The position numbers and the translations under genes were made by a program. The notes under the pieces are model-generated. The model made no database searches. It was not told the DNA's origin and worked only from the letters and a program-made list of their open reading frames with translations. Below are positions 45,247 through 54,191 of a stretch of 64,000 nucleotides of DNA, piece after piece. Origin of the DNA: an uncultured Dehalococcoidia bacterium (lineage in GTDB: Bacteria; Chloroflexota; Dehalococcoidia; Lucifugimonadales; CAZENU01); NCBI GenBank assembly GCA_964513735.1, contig CAZENU010000004.1, positions 14,064 through 78,063 of the forward strand, written 5' to 3'. Position 1 is the stretch's first letter. The number at the start of each line of letters is the position of its first letter.

Positions 45247-46224
45247 TCAGATACCGAATAGCTTTTCGATGGCCGCGACAACACGCTCCGCGTTTGGAAA
45301 CGCCGCCTCTTCGAGTCCGCGGTTGTAGGGCGCGGGAACGTCGGCGCCGCCGACCCGGCCGACCGGGCCGTCCAGGTGGTCGAAGGCCCGCTCCTGGATG
45401 GCGCTGGCCAGCTCCCCGGCGAACCCGCCCGTCCTCCACGTCTCCTCGACCACGACGGCGCGGCCGGTCTTCTTCACTGACTCGACCACGGTGTCTATAT
45501 CCAGAGGCCGCAGCGTGCGCAGGTCCACGACCTCGGCCTTGACCCCGCGAGCGGCCAGGGTAGCCGCTGCTTCCAGCGCGACGTGCACCATCCGTGAGTA
45601 GGCGACGAGCGTGACGTCGCCACCCTCGCGCTTGACCTTGGCTTCGCCGAAGGCCACCTCGTAAGGCTCGTCGGGGACCTCGCCGCGGGTACGGTATAAG
45701 AGAGCGTGCTCGGCGAAAATGACCGGGTCCTCGTCGGCTATGGCCGCCCGCAGCAGGCCCAGCGCGTCGTAGGGGTCTGAGGGCACCGCCACCTTGAGCC
45801 CCGGCACCGACGCGAACCAGCCCTCCAGGCTCTGGGAGTGGGTCGCCGCAAGCTGAGCCCCCCCCCCGGTCACCGTCCTGATCACCAGCGGCACGGTTAT
45901 CTGTCCGTTGGACATGTATCTGAGCTTGGCGGCGTTGTTCACCACCTGGTCCATGGCCAGCAGGATGAAGTTTATGGTCATGACCTCGACGATGGGTCGC
46001 AGCCCGGCCATCGCGGCGCCGACGCCCGCGCCCACGACGGCGGACTCCGATATCGGCGTGTCCTTGACCCGCTCTGGGCCGAACTGCTCTCCCAGCCCCC
46101 GAGTCACCGCATAGGGGCCCTGGTATCGGTCGATGTCCTCGCCCATCAGGAAGACGCGGTCGTCCCCCTCCAGGGCCTCCCGCAGCCCGCGGGCGATGGC
46201 CTCTCTGAGCGTCGTCTCAGGCAT
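45247..46224 (-). CDS. pdhB: Pyruvate/2-oxoacid dehydrogenase E1 component subunit beta
   Basis: MPETTLREAIARGLREAL...VFLMGEDI. 325 aa after trimming. The start overlaps the pdhA stop. Confidence 0.9.
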   Translation of the reverse strand: MPETTLREAIARGLREALEGDDRVFLMGEDIDRYQGPYAVTRGLGEQFGPERVKDTPISESAVVGAGVGAAMAGLRPIVEVMTINFILLAMDQVVNNAAKLRYMSNGQITVPLVIRTVTGGGAQLAATHSQSLEGWFASVPGLKVAVPSDPYDALGLLRAAIADEDPVIFAEHALLYRTRGEVPDEPYEVAFGEAKVKREGGDVTLVAYSRMVHVALEAAATLAARGVKAEVVDLRTLRPLDIDTVVESVKKTGRAVVVEETWRTGGFAGELASAIQERAFDHLDGPVGRVGGADVPAPYNRGLEEAAFPNAERVVAAIEKLFGI

Positions 46225-47275
46225 CGGCAACCCAGTCCTCGGACTCTTCCGGGGAATCGGCCTCGTCGTGGTCGGCTTCTTCGGAGGCGGCGTGAGGCGC
46301 CGCGCCGTACACGTTCTCGTATAGCGCCTCGGGCGGCGGATCGTCGCTCTCCTCGGCGAACTGGACCGCCTCGTCGACGGTGGTGGCGACATCCGCCTCG
46401 ATCTCGTCTATCGTGCTCTGTTCCATGAGACCGTTCTCAAGGACGGTCTTCTTGAACAGGTCGATCGGATCTCGTGACCGCCACGTCTCCAGCTCTGCGT
46501 TGTCTCTGTAATCGACAGGGTCCTGCACAGAGTGTCCGAGGAACCTGTAGGTCATGGCCTCGAGTAACACCGGCCCGTCGCCGGAACGGACCTTGAGCAG
46601 CGCCTCGGCCGAGGCCTCGCGCACTGCCACGACATCCATGCCGTCGATCTGGTGCGAGCCAATCCCGTAGGCGTCGGCCGCGCCGTACACGTCCCGGCCC
46701 GCGGCGTGGGTGCGCTCGACGTGAGTGCCCATCCCGTATAGGTTGTTCTCCAGGAAGAAGAGCACCGGTAGCTGCCACAGCGAGGCGAGGTTGAGCGACT
46801 CGTGGAACTCGCCCTCGCTGACTGCGCCGTCTCCGAAGAAACAGAGAACGGCCCGCTCCTCGCGGCGGTACTTGATGGCCAGTGCGAGCCCGGTGGCCAG
46901 GGGTAGGTGGCCGGCTACGATGGCGTGCCCTCCCATGAATCCTTTCGAGACGTCGAACAGGTGCATTGATCCGCCCTTGCCGCCGCTGGTCCCGGTGACC
47001 TTGCCCATGAGCTCCGCCATCACGAGCCCGGGGTCCAGTCCCCTTGCCAGGGCGTGGCCGTGATCCCGGTAATGGGTGATGATGTAGTCGTCATCCTTGA
47101 GGACAGAGATGGCGCCGACCGCGATGGCTTCCTCACCGTTGTACTGGTGCAGGAACCCTCTGACCTTGCCCTGCATGTACAGCCAGCCGCTCCGCTCCTC
47201 GAACTGGCGGATCAGTACCATCTGCCGGTAGAGATCGGCAACCAGGCTCTTGTCCAGGTCGACTGCCAGTGCCAT
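46217..47275 (-). CDS. pdhA: Pyruvate/2-oxoacid dehydrogenase E1 component subunit alpha
   Basis: TPP-binding GDGAVSEGEFHESLNLA, YRFLGHS. Confidence 0.9.
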   Translation of the reverse strand: MALAVDLDKSLVADLYRQMVLIRQFEERSGWLYMQGKVRGFLHQYNGEEAIAVGAISVLKDDDYIITHYRDHGHALARGLDPGLVMAELMGKVTGTSGGKGGSMHLFDVSKGFMGGHAIVAGHLPLATGLALAIKYRREERAVLCFFGDGAVSEGEFHESLNLASLWQLPVLFFLENNLYGMGTHVERTHAAGRDVYGAADAYGIGSHQIDGMDVVAVREASAEALLKVRSGDGPVLLEAMTYRFLGHSVQDPVDYRDNAELETWRSRDPIDLFKKTVLENGLMEQSTIDEIEADVATTVDEAVQFAEESDDPPPEALYENVYGAAPHAASEEADHDEADSPEESEDWVADA

Positions 47276-47282
47276 CTGCTAC

Positions 47283-48662
47283 CTAGATGTGTATCGCTTC
47301 GCCGTCCGCCGCAAGGGCCGCTTCTTTCACCATCTCTGAGATCGTCGGATGCGGGTGTACCAGCCACCCAAGCTCCCTGGTCGTGCTCTCGAGCAGCTTG
47401 GCCATCGACAGCTCGCCCAGGAGCTCGGTGACCTCGGCGCCGATCATGTGGGCGCCGACCACGTCTCCCACCTCCGAGTCTACGACCAGCTTCACCATCC
47501 CTTCGGTCTCGCCGAGGGCCAGGGCCTTGCCGCTGGCCATCGCCGGAAACTTGCCGGTCTTCACGCTCAGACCGCGCTCCAGGGCCTGGGCCTCTGTGAG
47601 GCCGAAGCTGCCGATCTGCGGCTTGCAGTAGGTCGCCTTGGGCATGAGCTCGTAGTCGAGCCGCGGCGGGTCCAGATCGGCCATCGACTCGACGGCCGTG
47701 ACGCCCTGGGCCGACGCGACGTGCGCCAGCGGCATCTTGCCGGTGACGTCGCCGATGGCGTATACGCCGGGCACGTTGGTCCGCATGCTGTCGTCGATCT
47801 CGATGTAGCTGCGCTCGGTCGCGATGCCGAGGGTCTCCAGGCCGATGCCGTCAACGTTGCCCTGAGCGCCGACGCCGACGAGTACCTTGTCGCACTCGAT
47901 GACGGTCTCGCCGGACCCGTTGGACACCGCCACTCTGGCGGTGTCCCCATCGACCTCGACCCCGTCTACCTGGGAGCCGGTCATGAAGGCGATGCCTTGC
48001 TTCCTGAAGGCGCGCTTGAGCAGGCCGCTGATCTCTTCGTCCTCGACAGGTACCAGGCGCGGCATCAGCTCGACGATGGTCACCTCCGCCCCGTAGGAGC
48101 GCCACAGGTAGGCGAACTCGACACCGATGGCGCCGCCGCCTACGATGACCGCCCTAAGCGGCACGTCGCGCAGATCCAGGGCCTCGCGGCTTCCGATGAC
48201 CACCTCGCCGTCCACAGGCACGGTCGGCAGCTCTCTGGGCCGGGAGCCGGTGGCCACGATTACGTTGGTGGAAGTCAGGGTGCGGCCGTCGTCGACCTTC
48301 ACGGTGCCAAGGCCGGCCAGCCTGCCGGTGCCTCGCACGTGCTCCACGTTGTTCTTCTTGAGCAGGAAGCCGATTCCGGTGGTGAGCCGCTTGACCACCT
48401 TCCGGCTGCGGTCGACCGCCTTGCCGAAGTCGTAGGAAACGTTTTCGGCGGTGATGCCGAACTCCTCGCCGTTTCGGACCAGGTTGACGACCTCGGCGTT
48501 CCGGAGGAGCGCCTTGCTGGGAATGCAGCCCCAGTTGAGGCAGACGCCGCCGATCTCCTCACGCTCGACGATGGCGGTCTTCATCCCTAGCTGGCCGGCC
48601 CTGATGGCGGCTACGTAGCCCCCCGGACCGCTGCCCAGGACGACGAGATCGTAGTCTGGCAA
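47283..48662 (-). CDS. lpdA: Dihydrolipoyl dehydrogenase (E3)
   Basis: GSGPGGYVAAIRA FAD motif, redox-active GGVCLNWGCIPSK, C-terminal HPHPTISE. Confidence 0.93.
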   Translation of the reverse strand: MPDYDLVVLGSGPGGYVAAIRAGQLGMKTAIVEREEIGGVCLNWGCIPSKALLRNAEVVNLVRNGEEFGITAENVSYDFGKAVDRSRKVVKRLTTGIGFLLKKNNVEHVRGTGRLAGLGTVKVDDGRTLTSTNVIVATGSRPRELPTVPVDGEVVIGSREALDLRDVPLRAVIVGGGAIGVEFAYLWRSYGAEVTIVELMPRLVPVEDEEISGLLKRAFRKQGIAFMTGSQVDGVEVDGDTARVAVSNGSGETVIECDKVLVGVGAQGNVDGIGLETLGIATERSYIEIDDSMRTNVPGVYAIGDVTGKMPLAHVASAQGVTAVESMADLDPPRLDYELMPKATYCKPQIGSFGLTEAQALERGLSVKTGKFPAMASGKALALGETEGMVKLVVDSEVGDVVGAHMIGAEVTELLGELSMAKLLESTTRELGWLVHPHPTISEMVKEAALAADGEAIHI

Positions 48663-48795
48663 CTGGCTCTCCCCCTTCGTCGGCGCGCCGCAGGCAATCT
48701 ATGAGTCGAGCCATTTTACAACATCGCCCCGTAGGCCATAAAGCTGAACAGGGGTGTGCCTCAGGGTCTTTGCAAAGTCGAAGTCGGCCTCATAA

Positions 48796-48869
48796 CCGTT
48801 CGTGCTGAGCCTGTCGAAGCATGAGCTTCGATATAAGAACGCGCCCTTCGACGGGCTCAGGGCGAACGG
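48796..48869. repeat. Long imperfect palindromic (REP/MITE-like) element
   Basis: ccgttcgtgctgagcctgtcgaag ... cttcgacgggctcagggcgaacgg. The outer arms are complementary except for 2-3 positions, and there is an inner hairpin tcgaagc-atga-gcttcga. Confidence 0.65.
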
Positions 48870-49158
48870 GAGAGCACTACATAAGGTGACAACAAAAGAC
48901 CCTAAGCTGTGCCTTTACCGTACCTCAGCCGTTGACTAAATCGAACGAACATGCCCATATATTAGATGGGGACGGGCCTCAGCGGGTCCGTCCTTTTCTA
49001 TTGTTCCGATGTTGTCTTCCATTGCGCATCGAGGGCGTCACCCGGCGTCTGACAACACATAAGAGACCGCGGAATGTGAGACACAATGAGTCAGCACGAG
49101 ACAGATAACCCGACCAATCTCACCACAGACTTGAACGGTATGCGGTGCCGCTGATATG

Positions 49159-49176
49159 ATTGGCTGCGCAGCCAAT
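49159..49176. promoter_or_regulatory. 18-bp perfect palindrome upstream of panB (operator or RNA hairpin)
   Basis: ATTGGCTGCGCAGCCAAT equals its own reverse complement. It lies 256 nt upstream of the panB ATG. Confidence 0.5.
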
Positions 49177-49431
49177 CCTGAGGGAACGGTGAGCGATCAC
49201 AATGTTCCGGCGTGAGTGCGCCCAGATGCCTGGCCGGTCAGCGGCGAGGCCCAGTGACTCTTACGGATGGCCTGCCCGGCTTTTGCCAGGTGGGCTTTTT
49301 TCGTCTCTCCAGAGCCGGTAACTGACGATAGAGGACGCAGAGAGGAAGGATATAAAATCATGAATCTCTGTGCCCTCTGTCGTTGAATCTTTGGAGCGCA
49401 GGCCCTCACTCAGGGCGAGGAGGTACCGCCG

Positions 49432-50277
49432 ATGCGCGTGACGATCAGAGACCTGAAGCGGATAAAGAGTCGAGGCGAGCGGGTACCCATGCTGACGGCC
49501 TACGACTACACCTCCGCCCTGCTGGTGGAAGCCGCCGGGGTCCCGCTGATCTTGGTCGGCGATAGCTTGGGACAGTGGGTGTTGGGTTACGGGACTACGC
49601 TTCCCGTGACCATGGACGACATGGTCCATCACGTCAAGGCCGTCGTTCGCGGCACCGAGACGGCCCACGTGGTGGCGGACATGCCGTTCATGAGCTACCA
49701 GGCGGAGCCCGCTGAGGCCGTGCGTAACGCCGGGCGAATGCTCCAGGAGGGCGGCGCCCAATCGGTGAAGCTCGAAGGTGGCGTGTCCTTGGTCGAGACG
49801 GTCGGTAGGCTTGTCACCGCCGGCATCCCGGTCATGGGGCACATCGGTTTCACGCCGCAGTCCTATAACCAGATCGGCGGCTACAGGGTCCAGGGCAGGT
49901 TCCCCAAGGCGGCCATCTCCCTGATCGACGATGCGGTTGCCCTGGAATCCGCAGGTTGCTACGCGGTGGTCCTGGAGATGGTGCCGGCACAGCTCGCATC
50001 ACTCATTACCGAGCGGCTGTCGATACCCACGATCGGCATCGCTTCGGGCGTCCACTGCGACGGCCAGGTGCAGGTATTCCACGACATGTTCGGCCTGATA
50101 GAAGACTTCGTGCCCAAGCACGCGCGGCGGTACGCGGACCTCGGAGCGATTATCAAGAGCGCGGTCTCCGAGTACGCCGTGGACGTGAGATCGGCGAGCT
50201 ATCCATCGGACGAAGAGAGCCACCAGATGGAGCCAGAGACGCTGGAAAAGCTAACGGCCGACCTCGCGGGCCGGTAG
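49432..50277 (+). CDS. panB: 3-methyl-2-oxobutanoate hydroxymethyltransferase
   Basis: MLTAYDYTSALLVEAAGVPLILVGDSLG, KLEGG, GHIGFTPQS. RBS GAGGAGG. Confidence 0.93.
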   Translation: MRVTIRDLKRIKSRGERVPMLTAYDYTSALLVEAAGVPLILVGDSLGQWVLGYGTTLPVTMDDMVHHVKAVVRGTETAHVVADMPFMSYQAEPAEAVRNAGRMLQEGGAQSVKLEGGVSLVETVGRLVTAGIPVMGHIGFTPQSYNQIGGYRVQGRFPKAAISLIDDAVALESAGCYAVVLEMVPAQLASLITERLSIPTIGIASGVHCDGQVQVFHDMFGLIEDFVPKHARRYADLGAIIKSAVSEYAVDVRSASYPSDEESHQMEPETLEKLTADLAGR

Positions 50278-50425
50278 GGTCAGCGGCGTGTCGGTCTCCG
50301 ACCAGCGGGCGGGCACACGGGTCCGCCCCCCTACCTCTGACCGACCCTGCGTCAGGTCATCGTGGCCATACAATGCGTGATTCACCGGAACAAAGTCGGA
50401 GCAAAACACCTCGCTCGCGAGCAGC

Positions 50426-51268
50426 ATGAAAACCATCGAGACCATCGCCGAGCTTCGCTCCGAGCTTGCGCACGTCGAGAGACCGCTCGGCCTCGTGCCG
50501 ACCATGGGCGCCCTGCACGATGGGCACATGGCGCTGGTGCGCCAGGCCCACCACGAGACCAAGACTCTCACGGCGAGCATCTTCGTCAACCCGGCCCAGT
50601 TCGGCCCGTACGAGGACCTCTCGACCTACCCAGGGGACATGGACGCCGACCTCTCGAGAATGGAACAGGCCGGGGTTGACCTGGTGTTCACGCCTCCGGT
50701 GGAGGAGGTGTACCCCGGCGAGTTCGACACCTACGTCGACGTGGGCCGGGTTGCAGCGCGGCTCGAGGGCGAGCGCCGCCCGGGTCACTTCCGCAGCGTC
50801 GCCACCGTGGTGTGCAAGCTGCTGGCTATCGTGCGGCCCGACCGGGTCTACTTCGGGCAGAAGGACGCTCAGCAGTGTCTGGTCGCGAAACGGCTCAACG
50901 CCGACATGGACCTGGGCGCGGAGATAGTCGTGGTACCCACCGTCCGGGAGGCCGATGGCCTGGCGCTCAGCAGCCGCAACGCGTATCTGTCGTCGCCGGA
51001 GCGTGAGGCGGCGACCGTGCTGTACCGCGCATTGATGCTGGCCCGCTCAATGCGCGACGACGGCGTGACTGGCACCGAGGCGATCCGGCGGGAGATGCGG
51101 TCGCTGATCGAGACCGAGCCGCTCGCCCGGATCGACTACGTGAGCGTCGCCGATCCCGACACGCTAGATGAGCTCGACGACGTCGGCTCCCGTGCCCTGG
51201 CGTCCTTGGCCGTCCACATCGGAGATACACGTCTCATCGACAACACCACCCTCGAAGGCAGCCGTTAG
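50426..51268 (+). CDS. panC: Pantoate--beta-alanine ligase
   Basis: GLVPTMGALHDGHMALV (HIGH-like), FVNPAQFG, YFGQKDAQQ. Confidence 0.93.
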   Translation: MKTIETIAELRSELAHVERPLGLVPTMGALHDGHMALVRQAHHETKTLTASIFVNPAQFGPYEDLSTYPGDMDADLSRMEQAGVDLVFTPPVEEVYPGEFDTYVDVGRVAARLEGERRPGHFRSVATVVCKLLAIVRPDRVYFGQKDAQQCLVAKRLNADMDLGAEIVVVPTVREADGLALSSRNAYLSSPEREAATVLYRALMLARSMRDDGVTGTEAIRREMRSLIETEPLARIDYVSVADPDTLDELDDVGSRALASLAVHIGDTRLIDNTTLEGSR

Positions 51269-51353
51269 CCGGGACTGAGAGTCCCGCCGCCATAGGCGTG
51301 TGATAATATCACTCAAGTTGCGCTCGGATGCACTTACCCCGCTCTGGAAGGCG

Positions 51354-52076
51354 ATGCCGTCGCTCCGCAACCTCCTCGCCGCAGCTATAGCCACCCTCTC
51401 GCTGATCGCCATCGGCTGCGGCGGCTCTGAGCCGAATGCCACCTCTACGCCCGTCCCGACGCCGGTCGTTGACGTCGCCGCCCTGCTCAGTCAGTCAGGT
51501 GCCGTCATGGAGCGGCTGCAAAGCTTTCACTTCCGGCTTTACCACGACGCTGGCAGCCTGGAGATCACACAGGGGCTGTTCATAGACGATGTCGAGGGCG
51601 ACATCGTCAAGCCCGACCGGATATCGGTGACCTTCCGCGGCAACCTTGGTGGCTTTGCCATAGAATCGAGCATCATCTCCATCGGCGACACCGGCTACCT
51701 GACCAACCCACTGACCGGGCGGTGGGAGACCGGCCCCGCTGACCTTAACTCGCTCGGATTCTTCAGCCCTTCGGAAGGCATCGCCGCGATGAAGTCTCAG
51801 GTCCGGGACGCGATCCTGCTCTCGGGCGGCGAGGTCCCTGCTGGCTCATACCGCATCGGCGGGAAGCTACAGGCGACTGCTCTGTCTCCATTGATAGGCA
51901 CGGCCATCCTGGAAGACGCGGTCCTCGACCTGGAGCTCGTCATCGACTCAGAGCAGCACTACCTGGTGGAGGCTCGGTTCACAGGTCGCGCCGTGGCCAG
52001 CGATCTCGAGGACGCCACGAGGGTGATCGAGATCTCCGCCTTCGATGAGCCCATCTCGATAGACCCGCCGCTCTAG
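51354..52076 (+). CDS. LppX/LprAFG-family lipoprotein (LprG-like)
   Basis: Signal peptide with lipobox LIAIGC. The length and beta-rich body resemble LprG as I recall it (..SFHF...GDIVKPDR...GYLTNPLTGRWE...YRIGGKL..). It lies directly upstream of an MFS pump. Confidence 0.65.
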   Translation: MPSLRNLLAAAIATLSLIAIGCGGSEPNATSTPVPTPVVDVAALLSQSGAVMERLQSFHFRLYHDAGSLEITQGLFIDDVEGDIVKPDRISVTFRGNLGGFAIESSIISIGDTGYLTNPLTGRWETGPADLNSLGFFSPSEGIAAMKSQVRDAILLSGGEVPAGSYRIGGKLQATALSPLIGTAILEDAVLDLELVIDSEQHYLVEARFTGRAVASDLEDATRVIEISAFDEPISIDPPL

Positions 52077-52094
52077 CCGCGACCCGGCACCAGA

Positions 52095-53549
52095 TTGCAC
52101 ACCTCGACGCGCATACCGCCCTATGTCGCGCTGATTCCAGTCTGCGCCGGCGTCTTCGTAGCGGCCGACGACCAGACTGTGATCGTCACGGTGCTCCCGG
52201 AGATCATCCGCGAGATGGGCATCCTGCCCACGGAGCTGGACCGCGCCTCGTGGACGATCACCGGCTACCTGCTGGGCTATCTGGCCGCCATGCCGCTGCT
52301 GGGACGGCTCTCCGACGTGTGGGGACACCGGCGCCTCTTTCTGCTTTCGATGGCGCTGTTCATGGTGGGCTCGGTGGCGGTGGCCCTCACCACGAGTCTG
52401 GAGTGGCTCGTGGCCGCCCGCGTATTTCAGGCGGTGGGCGCCGGCGCGCTTATCCCGATATCCATCGCCATCGCCGGAGACCTATTTCCGGCCGGCCGAC
52501 GCGGCCTGGCGCTCGGGCTGATCGGCGCCTCCGCCGAGGCCGGCGGGGTCATCGGACCGCTGTGGGGCGGAATCATCGTGAGATTCCTCGACTGGCGCTG
52601 GGTTTTCTGGATCAACCTGCCCCTGGGTATCGTCGTGCTTGTCGCAATGGTATTCCTGCTGGTGCCCAGCCCGAGGTACCGGGCGAAGGTCGACTACGTC
52701 GGTGGGTTGCTGATAGCCGTGAGCCTGGCGTCGCTCACGCTCGCGGTGTCCCGGATTGACTCTCGAGACCTGGCGATGTTCGGCTACTTCGCCGGTGCGG
52801 CGGCGGCGTTGGCGATGTTCGTGGTACGGCAGCGCTCCGTAGACTACCCGCTTCTGCCCGGATCGATGCTCCGGGGCGCCGCGTTCCGCGGTGCCAACGC
52901 GACCCATGTCCTGGTCGGCGCCGCGCTGATAATCGGGATGGTTACCGTGCCGTTGATGGCCAACACAGTCATGGGTCTCAGCCCGCTGGACGGAGGGCTG
53001 TGGCTCATGCGAATGACGGCCGCGATACCGGTGGGCGCTGTCCTGGGTGGCCTGGCCTGCCAACGGGTGGACTATCGTATTCCGGCGGTGCTGGGCCTGG
53101 GGCTGGTTGCGCTCGGTTTCTCGCTGATGTCCGGCTGGGACACCTCCATCGGCGACCCGGCGCTGACCATCCACCTGGCCCTAGCTGGGCTGGGCTTCGG
53201 GCTGCTGATCGCCCCGATCGCCCTGGCCGCGACCGACTCGGTGGGCGAGGACGCCCGCGGCGCCGCCGCCGGGATGGTCTCGGCTTCGCGCGTCGTTGGC
53301 ATGGCACTGGGGTTGGCGGCTGTGACGGCCTGGGGCTCACAGAGGTTCGACGGTCTGGCGCCCGCGTCCGAGTGGCCTTTTCAGCTCAGCAGCGAGACGG
53401 TCGCCGAGTTAAATGACAGGTTGGTCCAGTACCAGGTCTGGCTGGTGGACGCCGGTACCACGCTGTTCAACGAGTTCTTCCTGATCGCCATGGCGGTGTC
53501 GCTGGTCGCGCTGGTCCCGGCCGCTTTCATGGCCTGGCGTCGCGGGTAA
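52095..53549 (+). CDS. MFS transporter, DHA2-like (about 14 TM)
   Basis: 484 aa, highly hydrophobic, motif A-like GRLSDVWGHRR, motif C-like region. TTG start in the track. Confidence 0.85.
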   Translation: MHTSTRIPPYVALIPVCAGVFVAADDQTVIVTVLPEIIREMGILPTELDRASWTITGYLLGYLAAMPLLGRLSDVWGHRRLFLLSMALFMVGSVAVALTTSLEWLVAARVFQAVGAGALIPISIAIAGDLFPAGRRGLALGLIGASAEAGGVIGPLWGGIIVRFLDWRWVFWINLPLGIVVLVAMVFLLVPSPRYRAKVDYVGGLLIAVSLASLTLAVSRIDSRDLAMFGYFAGAAAALAMFVVRQRSVDYPLLPGSMLRGAAFRGANATHVLVGAALIIGMVTVPLMANTVMGLSPLDGGLWLMRMTAAIPVGAVLGGLACQRVDYRIPAVLGLGLVALGFSLMSGWDTSIGDPALTIHLALAGLGFGLLIAPIALAATDSVGEDARGAAAGMVSASRVVGMALGLAAVTAWGSQRFDGLAPASEWPFQLSSETVAELNDRLVQYQVWLVDAGTTLFNEFFLIAMAVSLVALVPAAFMAWRRG

Positions 53550-53650
53550 GGTCCGGGAAATCCCCCATCGAAGGGAGCGAATCCAAAGTATAGGGCGCGG
53601 ACGCGTCCGAAGCCGCCGACTTCGAGCTACAGCTATACCAGGGCGAGGAC

Positions 53651-54046
53651 GTGCTGGGTGCCAGTGATCTCAACTTTGCCGACCTCCTGGACCAGGGCAA
53701 GCCGGTGGTGCTCAACTTCTGGGGCGGGAGCTGTCCGCCGTGCCGTTTCGAGATGCCCGATTTCCAGTGGACCTACGATGCGCACAGGGACGACATCACG
53801 ATGGTGGGACTGGACGTGGGAGTCCACTTCGGGCTGGGCACGCGGCTCACCGCCCTCGCCCTGCTGGACGAGCTGGACATCACCTACCCTGCCGGGGCCC
53901 CGGTCGACGATTCGCCCGTCAGGGGGTTCGGTGTAACAGGCCTGCCCACCACGGTGTTCTTCGACTCCCAGGGCAAGGCAGTGAGGGTCTGGGAGGGCGT
54001 GATCACGACACGGCAGATGGAGAGCATCATCTCCGATCTGCGGTAG
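53651..54046 (+). CDS. Thioredoxin-fold (TlpA/redoxin-like) protein without recognisable signal peptide
   Basis: VVLNFWGGSCPPCRFEMP (CxxC). GTG start. The upstream in-frame sequence is closed by a TAG at about 53591 with no ATG in between. Confidence 0.65.
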   Translation: MLGASDLNFADLLDQGKPVVLNFWGGSCPPCRFEMPDFQWTYDAHRDDITMVGLDVGVHFGLGTRLTALALLDELDITYPAGAPVDDSPVRGFGVTGLPTTVFFDSQGKAVRVWEGVITTRQMESIISDLR

Positions 54047-54191
54047 CTTCGCCCCGCAACCCGATTACCCTGAGTGCTCCGACGCCCTTCCGGGGTGAAC
54101 GGAGTGAGTTAGGCTCGGCGGCCACACTCACCGCCTCGGCTTGCGTCGCCTTGAACGATGGCGGGGAATGGCCGGACGGTTTACCCTTGGA

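Noticed and set aside
49086-49154. 22-codon ORF MSQHETDNPTNLTTDLNGMRCR in the lpd-panB spacer.
   Set aside because: It has a weak or absent RBS, no conservation evidence is available, and it could equally be non-coding leader sequence.
49141-49260. Cobalamin-riboswitch-like strings (GGTGCC .. AGGGAACGGTGA .. GCGCCCAG .. CCCAGTGAC) upstream of panB.
   Set aside because: The core does not match the conserved GGGAA-N-GGTGxGAAxCC..GCCACTG arrangement, because there are insertions where the consensus is invariant. B12 control of panBC is also not expected. It is kept only as part of the generic 'structured leader' finding.
53591-53650. Possible N-terminal extension or signal peptide for the thioredoxin-fold protein.
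   Set aside because: The frame upstream of GTG 53651 is closed by a TAG at ~53591 and has no ATG, GTG or TTG giving a hydrophobic leader. The protein is therefore annotated as signal-less, and possibly truncated, rather than exported.
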